From contig CM041465.1 of the NCBI GenBank assembly GCA_023213395.1, positions 211,427,741 to 211,491,740 of the forward strand: 64,000 nt of DNA. Direction: 5' to 3'. The translations under genes were made by a program, and so were the position numbers. This DNA is from Cycas panzhihuaensis (Eukaryota > Plantae > Cycadophyta). The notes beneath the pieces are model-generated. The model saw only the letters and a program-made list of their open reading frames with translations, had not been told where the DNA came from and searched no databases. This document shows, piece by piece, positions 54,601 to 64,000 of the stretch; the stretch's first letter is position 1; each line of letters starts with the position of its first letter.

Positions 54601-57600
54601 TTTTGAGTTTTCAATTATTTTATAATTTTTTTATTATGTTTTTGAGGTTTTTATATTTTTTAGATTTTTGATGGTTTTATGTTATTTCTTATGGTTTTAC
54701 AAGTAGATTTTACATGGAAAAGAAATGGGAAAGTAAGAAAATAACAATGAAACAATAAGAAGGATAAGGTCATGGGTTTCAAGGAGTGATGCACCTTAGG
54801 GAGGTCATGACCTAGTTAATTACATGTATATATCTACAAATATACATGGTAGTTTACCCTCATTTCAAAGCATAGGTGGTGATTTAGGTTCTCGATGGAG
54901 CATGAGGGAAGTTGGTAGCTTGGATAAGCTTCCAATGTGGGCTAAGAATGCCCAAGCTTATCACCATAATTTAGCCTCTTCAACGAGTCCCACTTAGAGG
55001 TTAGGCTAGGGGGGATTACTCCCTAAATATGTGTCTTAATGGGAGGATTATTAGGCCAAAATGGGGTTGCTTATTAATGGAAAATAATCCTTGAGGATGA
55101 ATGTCATTAACCTATTGATCTTTTATTAAGTTTTCATGGGATATAATGAATAAATATAGAAGAGAATTAAGCCAAAAGGGACTTAACATGGTTAGTAAGA
55201 GATCTTAATTATGGGTAATAGACTTGGTAGACTTGGGTGAGTTAGGACACTATGAGCTGGGAGTCATAATGCAACACAATAGAGCCACAATAGATATGTA
55301 AGGCATTAGTCAAGGCCCCTATAATAATGGTGTACTTAGCTATGTTATTAGTAGAAATGAGTAGGTAGACTCTAGAATAAATAAAAATGTACCCTAAGTG
55401 ATCATGAATGGTCCATACTATAACAAAAGGCTTAGGATTCCCACTGCTATCCCTATCGGTATGAATGATCAAAGCGATGGGGATAGATGCAAGGGTAACT
55501 CAAGGTGGACTCAGTGAATAAAGGGAAGTGGTAGGAATTAACCAATCATCACAAGGACTTAGGTAGGTATACATAATTTGACTAAGATAATGAGCAATAT
55601 TTGGTCCTTAGGAATGACTATATGCTAGTGTCACAACCTCTTCTAATGCTTGTCATAGGTTATATCCATGTTGGAGAGGTTTTAGTCGTGATTAACACCA
55701 TAATGAGTCCATGCAACTAGATTTAAAGGTCCTAAATTACCCACTTAATTAGATTCAACCTATAAATCGTAGGTGGGGATGAGGTTGTCATGCAACCTAT
55801 CCCATATGCCAAGGAGATGGTGGTAGATATGCTCCCTTAATCAAAACACACACACATATATTTTTCATTTTTTTTTTTTTTTAATTTTCCTTTTCCTTTT
55901 CCTTTGCTTCTTTTTTTCTTTTGCCTTAGAGGAGCATATGTGTATATTGCTAAGAAAGTATGAAATAGGTGTGGTGGAAAGTCAAACCATGGGGAAGCCA
56001 AGAAGGTGCACCATATCAATTATGATTTAATAGAAGACACAACTAAACCATGAGAAACATGTGAGGAGGGTCAAACTATTGGGTGTGAAGGGAAAGTCAT
56101 ATGAGTACTCTGACTGCCCATCATAGTGCATGCAGTGAATATGGTCCACAGGTTGGTAAGAACAAAGAACCAAGACTTCCTATTATAATGGAGACTAAAT
56201 GAAAGATACTATAAGCTGACATCTAAGTTATAAGTTAGCTGGGATGACATATAGGTAATAATGAGGTCGTGAAGTGGAGCCACAAGCTAAGAAGGTAGGA
56301 AATCTAAGAGCAAGTTGATATACAAATAACATTGATATGGGGGAGCTAAAGGCACTTAAAGCTTAGTTAATGGGCATGTTGAAAGTAAGGGAGGACCTAT
56401 GGGTTGACGACATGGCTAGAAGATGGTGTGATATAGGAGGACTAAGCTAAAGGTGTGGTTGTGTGAATAAAAGACAATCTCAAAGAGTAAAGGAGAGCAT
56501 AGAATATGATGAGAGATTAGGGATCAATTAGTACTTAACATATAAGGGGGTAACATGGGTATAAAATATGAGATCAGATTTATAAGACAATCCTATGGAC
56601 TATAAACACTGATATGCATAAATGTAAGTTGCTTGAAGTGAAAAAGGGTCTTAATTTAAAGTGAATGAAGTCATTAATAACATGCATTAATGATAATGAG
56701 GGTCAAATCTTAGGCCACAAAAATGAAAGCTAAGAAATAGAGAAAGTTATGGCAAGGATGTATGAATGAAGTCAGTAAGATCAAGGTCTTAGCAAACCAA
56801 ATGAGTGACAAAATAGGCTCTGAGCAATCATGCTATGGTGACTTATATATTCTTGGTATTCTTTCTCAATTTTCATTTTCATTTTCATGATTTTGAGTTA
56901 GGAATTTGTTAAGAAATCTTAATTACTTTTATCCCAAATTTTTTGGAGATCACCATAAGCAAATTATCCATCGAAATCATAAGCGTGTGGAGCCATTGGA
57001 TCTAGAACTCAATGATGGTCATTTTCCAACTTGACCTAGTAAGTAGATTATTTTATTTATTTATTTTTTTTATGTTTTAAATTTTGGTTGGGGTCATACC
57101 CTAGCTATTTTAAATTTATCAAAATGGAGGCTAAATTGTGCCCTATTTGTGACCAAACCAAGGAAATTTAATGCCCTAGTCTTATTAGATAGATTGTTTT
57201 TGTCCAAAACTATTTAGTTTTTCTATTTTGGTTCATTTTTTTTGAATTTTTTTATATACCATAATATTTCACTGTATTGCACCTAATAAATTGGTATTGT
57301 GAATATATTTATAGTATTGAAAAAATATTTATGGTACATAATATAAATGATAAAATTGATAAATATCTTTATAAATGCCTCCTAAATCAACTTGTTTAGG
57401 TCATTTTCGGTATGTGATTGGCCTAGACATATTGTAGGTTGTTATATCTACAATTTATATTATTTTATAGGTCATTTTCATGATTGATAATCACAAAAAC
57501 TTTAGTTCACCTATGTTGGGTATTGCTTGATTGATGACAGATCAAGATCATGAGATTAAGAGGTGATGTGGACTATTATAGCTGATCACAATATGATAAT

Positions 57601-59410
57601 ATGCACCTAATCAGGGGATACTAGTGGATATTACATCCCACTAGGATAGATGGCAGCACGTTTTCCATTTGCCATGTGTGGGATGTGACCATCATGGCAA
57701 TGGATATGACAAGGTTCTTAGGGTTGCTAGTGAGGGGGGCACCACAGGGTGATGACAACTACTTCTATGAAAGAGGGCAATGGAACCAGAGGGGTGGTAA
57801 TGTTAGGAAGATCATGGGTTCTAGTATTCCTTACTCGAGGAAATTGTCATATTTACCATTCTATTCTAAATATCTTAATGGAAGAACTACATAGAGGTTC
57901 CAAGAGTATGGATAGACATGGTGCAATGATACAAATGTGGTGAGAGGCTAGATAGGGCATCCCTCATAGTGGTCAATATTAGAGCATAATTGGATTAGAT
58001 CTAGGTAGCTGACCATGGAGGATTTTCATATTACACATTGCTACAGTATTGGTTCTTTGATTATTTCCATAGAGTAGGGCCTATGATTAGGCCACAGCTA
58101 GTGGCAGATGGAGAACCCCTTATACATAGTTGATCTACATGCTTTACAAGCCCAGGCACTATGAAGCAATTACCTCATCTAATACATGTTACATCCTTAG
58201 ACTTGTTGACATTGGATGACTATGTGAGACATCCATATAGGAGTGTCCACTGGGATAGTGATGAGGAGGGAGGTGGTGATATAGCAGTGCAAGCAATAGT
58301 CATTGGAGAGGCTATTAGTGAGGGTAAGGAGGTAGTCAAAGCTGAGGAGGAAGAGGAGGCTATTGAGGGAGGGAAGGCACATTGTGCTAGTTAAAAGGAA
58401 GAGGTTGCCAACAACTCAGCCATAGGAGCACAAGGAGAGGTTCCTCAAGGAGGTATTACTCCTATCACTTGCTTATTAGTCCATTCTTTAAGTATATGAT
58501 GGTGTTTGCCCCTTTGATGAGGGCTATAGAGATGTAGGTAGCCAAGTGACACAACCTCAAGGGGAGGATCTGAGAGTTGGAGGGTTGAGGAGAGTGAGTG
58601 GTGCCTCTAGTTATAATAGATCCACCCAAGGTGGTCCCTGAAGTGGAGGCATAGATTATACAGTTACATGAGAGGATCAAGAGGTATGTGGCCAATTATA
58701 AAAGGCTTGGGATGTGAGTGATCTACCAAGAGAAGGAGAAGATTTGATAGTACTCAAAGAGGACTACGAGATGATCATACATAGACTAAAGGTGCTCTTT
58801 CTCTCATCAAATCTCCTCCTTCTTAGTGGACTACTTACATTCATAGCCCTTAAGAGGGGATTGAGGAATTGCTTGTTGATGGCCTTTTCAAACTTGAGGC
58901 CCTCTAATACAACAACTCAATATACCCCATTGTTTAGGCTTTCTAAGACAATGAATGGTCCCATCCATTTAGGGCCAAATTTTGATAATCAATCATGCAA
59001 ATATTTGAGTTTCAGGACTCTATCCCCAAGGGTTAAGGGTTGTGGTTATACGTGCTTATCATGCATCTTTTGTGCCTTGCCCTTTGATGCTAGGTTTGTT
59101 TGATAGGTGATAAGCATCTTTCATCAAGTGATTCTAGGTCTAGTAAGTAGGCTTGATGTCATCATTCTTTATCTATGAACTCTTTGAGTGATGCCTATAA
59201 GGATGGGATCTCTACTTTAAGGAGTAAGATGACTTCTGATTCGTAGACTAAGGAGAAAGACGTCATACTCGTGGTTGTCCTAATGGATGTTCAATAGGAC
59301 CATAAAATTAGATAAAGTTGTAAGTGTCAATCCCTTTGGGATTAGGCTATCATTTTCTTCAAAATGTTGACCAAGGTCTTATTAAATGCCTCAATTTGGC
59401 CATTGGCCTG
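51604..59410 (-). mobile_element. 3' portion of a Tat/Ogre-like Ty3/Gypsy: integrase C-terminus, ~5.6-kb extra region, PPT, ~1.55-kb 3' LTR
   Basis: Minus strand 59410-58800: QANGQIEAFNKTLVNILKKMI, LWSY*TSIRTTT..SFSLVYESE..L.VEIPSL, KFGPKWMGPF. PPT (CTCCCCTCTAA on plus, 53150-53160) abuts the LTR start (TTACA at 53149). The LTR runs to the break in the Copia RT at ~51604. Confidence 0.85.
57540..58780 (+). pseudogene. Decayed plant mobile domain (PMD, PF10536-like) ORF, antisense within the Tat/Ogre element
   Basis: HVFHLPC..DVTIMAMDMTRFLGLLVRGAP (consensus FHLP.GE.TITL.D...ILGLPV.G.P), TLLQYWFFDYF (LLQ.W.WE.F), LDLLTLDDYVRHPY (LD.LT.D.V.W.PY), then an acidic, coiled-coil-like tail. Confidence 0.8.
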
Positions 59411-62400
59411 TGAAAGAGATTAATGTATCAAGGTCATTTGTGTAGATTAACTATATGACTTTAGGATATATTGATTAGCATTAGTCTCTTAATGAAATGC
59501 ACTTTATGTGCATTTAGATGTAATTTCAGGTTCATGTCATTAGGCGGGAAAATCCTAACCCTAATGCTCACCCTCAATAATAAAAGCTGAAATCTCAAGG
59601 AGAGAGTTATTATTCATTCTCACCTCCAAGCTTACTCTCATATCTTGTTTCATATCTTTTTCATTCTCCATTGCCATTGTGTGTATGTAAGTGATTTATT
59701 CCCTAGATCCATTCTTCCTTCATGTGGTATCATAGCTAGACGGAGATCTATTCACTCCATTCCACTTGCATGGAGTCATTTTGCCTCTCCTTGACCTTTA
59801 ATGTGAATTTTTGAGAGTGCATTTATCATTTTTAACATTTTGAGAGCTTAAAATTATAGTACTTTATACGTTGATACTTTCTATATGTGTTCAAAAATTT
59901 GAGGTGAAGAATACCGGTTTTTGAAGCCATTCAGCTGCCGAAACAATCCCAGAAACATTAAAGACCTAAATTTTCATAAAAAAATTTGACCATCTCATAT
60001 TTTGATGAAATTTAGCATGCAAGGTCACCTTGACTAGAGGATCATTTTTGTCTTCTGGAGAAACTTCAGATTTAGCCTACAACAATAAGTTTTAGATGTG
60101 ATAAAAGGGTAAAATTTGTAGATAAGTGATTTAAGGCACTTTTCCCAATGAAATCCTTTAATTATTAGCTAAAAATTTAAAAGTTTTATTAAGGGATCTG
60201 ATAGATTTATATCTTAGGATCAATTTAAGATAAATCTCATCAAATTTCATCTACTGGTTAGTGAGATCTATGCAATTTTCTCACGGTTATTGATTTTTCC
60301 TACACAATCCCACAAATGATATTACAAGGGTATTTCGAGCCACTTTTTGGCAGATTTTGGAGATGGTGCAGAAGGTAAAGTTAATGTATGTGTCAAAATG
60401 TAACTTTTGACATATTGAAGTTTAGATTATGAGACAGTGGGTCTGGCAGGATTTTGCTTTTGTGCTTTTTTGGGTAGAACATTTTTTGTGCTTTTTCAGA
60501 AATTTGACTTCATAAATCTATCAGAAATGATATTATGAACACTTTTTCCTTCTTTAATAAATTTAAATTTCATCATTTAGGCCTTCATATTTGTAATTTT
60601 TAAAAATTATGCCCATTTATCATTATTTATAAATTTTGTGAAAAAATTATAAAATAGGGAAAAATAACATACATATAGATTTAGAAAAATTAGCATTTTA
60701 GTAGCAAGTTGATCTACTTTTTAGCCCATTGTGGATTTTGTATCAAAACTTCTAAAAACATATTTGAAAACATTATACTAAAGCAAGGGAAACCTTGGAT
60801 GAGAAGCAACATCTGGTTCCTCTGCTAAATCTAGCATGTTTTTCTATTTACATACATAGCATAAAGCATCATATAAAGTAATAATATCAACAAAGCAAGC
60901 ATGAAAAATAAGCAAACATATTTGGCAACTTTCTATTTCAGTTTTTAGTTATATGGAAACATCTTATACTATTCCTAAAAGGAATCTCATCTGTATGATC
61001 TGTACCGCCAGTTCTTGACTCGTGCGCACACTCATCTTGGTTGAAATAGACCCCAGGTTGGCCAAAGTTCAGGCCTGAAGGGATGTGTGAATTTTATATT
61101 GGGTTTGGTCTTAACCGGAATAGTGGTGGAGGGATAGGTTAGCTATACCTACAGCCTTTAATCAGGGATAATCCTAATAACCGCCCGGGAAAACTAAAAA
61201 CCTTAATGCAAGATTAAAATTAACACAGTCCAATATCTGTCATAGTTATGGGATACACAGTACCGTTTGACTCTTCGGAGGAGGTATATAGTTGCTTATT
61301 GGTGAACTAGGTGAGGACTAAGAGTACTTGGGCTCCACTGTAACTTGGATATCATCACTAAGCACAGATGCGGGTATCGTGGGTGAAGGCCTTAATTGTA
61401 TACTAGAAGCCTTAGGTATCAAAACCTCATCTACATATGGAAATAAGTGAGAGGTTAGTGGCATGACACATCACCACTCTTTCCTAGCTTTACATTAGGT
61501 CTCATTCTTGTATCATTACTTATGCTCATTTTTCATAGTTGTTGAAAATACTTAATCATTGCTTGCTTCTTATCATAGCATTTATTTCTACATCCCTACT
61601 GTGCTAGGTGTATTAGCCACACATGTTAGTGGCACATGCTTTTATCATCTCTTCTACTTCTTTATTATCACCTTGTCATCTTAATTTAAGTAGAATGTTA
61701 ACTACATATTGAAAGGAAAAGAAAATTGGGATCTATGGTATACTTGAGTTAAAAATGTTGCAAAGTATGAAGGCCTTTAGAGAGCCCATTTGCAGCCTAC
61801 ACCCAACACACCAACAACAGTTATAACATCCATTTCTGGTGGATCTGCCTCAACAACTCCTACAGATGTTGCAGTTAATTACAATGGGAGATAGATTATG
61901 AAAAGATTCATGCAGGAATTCTATTGGTCATTGATCACTCCTTGTACAACTTGATTAATGAAGAGCAACATGATATAACCTGGAAGGTTCTTGAAGTTTT
62001 CATGAAGAACTTTGATACCAAATCAGATTTAGAATTTGTTCATCTTATTATGGAAATGAACAAATTAAAAATGTAGAAGGGATGAGCTCATGAGATAATA
62101 AATCTCCTTCGACTAATCAAATAGGCAATTGATAAAGATTTTAAGACCCAATGTATCACTTGGGCATTCTTGATCCAGTCATATTTATATGTTAATGATT
62201 ATAAAAACTTGCTTGGAAGTCTTTAATCTAGTGGAATATTGAAGACACTCAACTTTGAAGCACTTGTTGATAAGTTCATAGAATTTGACAGGATCTTTGA
62301 TATGAACTTTGTAACCTCTGACTCTCTTCCAGATGCAGCGTTTGGGATATAAGAACAAGTTTTCTACATAATAAATTAAGGTCCCTCTTATGCTAGAGGA

Positions 62401-64000
62401 AATAACTAAGCAAGAGAAAGAGGAAGAAATATGGGAAATTGTCCACAAGGTCAACCAAACCCTTAGTCACAGCCTCGACAGTTTCAAGGGCAAGGGCTAC
62501 CTCAACAAAGAGCAAGATAGTTAGGCCAAACCAGTACCTCTTTGGGCACTGGTAATTAAACTATTATGTGTGATCGGTGTAATCGTAAAGGACACTTAGC
62601 AAAAGATTGTAGAACCGCCACTTATAAGTTGGCCAAGTTCCAACCAAAACATGGAGCTCACAATGTTAAAGAAACATGTGAAGAATCCTTTAGTGGTGCA
62701 AGTTTTATACAAGCACATGTTCAAAGAATTGAGGGATCTTCAGTATCAAATTCTATTGACTAACCAAAGAGATACTTTGAAGCTCGATGTAGATATATCA
62801 CTTGTGAATTCCCTTCACCAATACCAAGCCCTATTGGAATTGCTAATAGTGTGGCTTCAATTGATGGATAATAGACTCCAAAGTACCCTCACGCCACTAT
62901 AATCATGTTATGAAGTATGATATTCAGATTCTAAAATTTGGGGTGGGGGGGGGGACAGATATAAATTACTCCAAATATTGGAAGTTGACAATAGAGCCTT
63001 GGAGGATACAAGTTGTGACTCTAAACCGATGAGTGCACATCTAAGACCATCTTTTGAACATAGCAGAGTTGATAAAGGTGAAGCCATTAAAGAAGAATCA
63101 TCCTCTCCACCTTCAATCGTCAAAGGCAAAACCATGGTAGAAGGACCATCTTTCTCAAGCACATCAACATCCTCCTCACAAAATAATCATTTTAATAAAT
63201 AAGATGAGAACCAAGAAGTTGATGAAATGAGGACTTCATTCCCAACTCGAGGATCTCGAGAAGCCTGCAAACTCAATAAGGACATACGACCAGATGAGGT
63301 GGGCAAAACTGGTACTCAAAGTACCCATAGAGCAAGGATGCAGGAATTATTATATACTGAGCTTGAACTAGTAGAACTACACCTTACTCTTAATGAAGAG
63401 CCTCTAACATACCAAGAAGTTGTAAAACATACAGTTTAGAGAAATGCTATAAATGAAGAGTACCAATCTCTTATCAAGAACAGTATATGGGAGCTCGTTG
63501 ATCTACCACTAGGTAGAAAGGTAGTTTAAAATAAATGTGTGTTTAAAAATAAATATAGATCAGATGGCACCCTTGAAAAACACAAGGCGAGGTTGGTAGC
63601 TAAAGGATTTACCTAAAGGGAAGGCATCGACTACACTGAAATCTTTGCACCTACAACCAAGTGGCCTACAATTAGAACTCTTGTGGCCTTGGCTGATCAA
63701 TAGGGTTGGAAAATCCACCAACTCGATATTAAGATTGCATTTCTTAATGGAGATCTTGAAGAAAAAATTTACATGGCTCAGCGAGAAGGATATGAGATCG
63801 AAGGTCAAGAGTATAAGGTTTACAGGCTCAGAAAGTCCTTGTACAGCCTTAACAAGCCCCTTATGCTTGGTTTACTAAGCTGTATGAAAGAATGAGGCAA
63901 CTTGGATACGAGCTTTGTGACTACCAAGATATTTATGTAACATTGTTCATCAAGCACCATAAGGATAAAGTCACTTATCTCATAATCTTTGTGGATGTCA
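59411..64000 (+). mobile_element. Younger Ty1/Copia element (long leader, possibly Angela/TAR-like), running off the window, apparently lacking protease and integrase core
   Basis: LTR TGAAAG...CCTTCA 59411-59722; PBS TGGTATCATAGC 59725-59736; ~2-kb leader; gag ~61695; knuckle CDRCNRKGHLAKDC 62569; RT from ~63390 (EEPLTYQE, IWELVDLP, KHKARLVAKGF, HQLDIKIAFLNGDL, LRKSLYSL). Confidence 0.88.

Overview
Plant nuclear DNA, AT-rich and strongly depleted of CG and CWG; most likely a large gymnosperm-type genome (inference from the Copia gag style, the TE landscape and the receptor sequence). Most of the window is nested, decayed LTR retrotransposons: at least four Ty1/Copia remnants, four Ty3/Gypsy remnants (a chromovirus type, an Athila-like, another non-chromovirus type and a Tat/Ogre-like element with an antisense plant-mobile-domain ORF), solo LTRs and a 1.9-kb tandem duplication. 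The one host gene is a CG-retaining island at about 35.5-38.3 kb, an LRR-XII (FLS2/EFR/Xa21-type, non-RD) receptor kinase. It has about eight small indels, mostly in homopolymer runs, and an internal deletion of the transmembrane segment and kinase subdomains I-V. If the small indels are sequencing errors, it could encode a secreted Xa21D-like LRR ectodomain. Other notable signals: an importin-alpha fragment in an apparent gene-fragment cassette (27.0-27.7 kb), a recurring CWG-to-CG single-base deletion (probably a methylation-driven long-read error), an inverted LTR-LTR junction, and an LTR flanked by both a PPT and a PBS. No prokaryotic-type systems, rRNA, tRNA or CRISPR arrays were seen. 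All identities and boundaries were read by eye.
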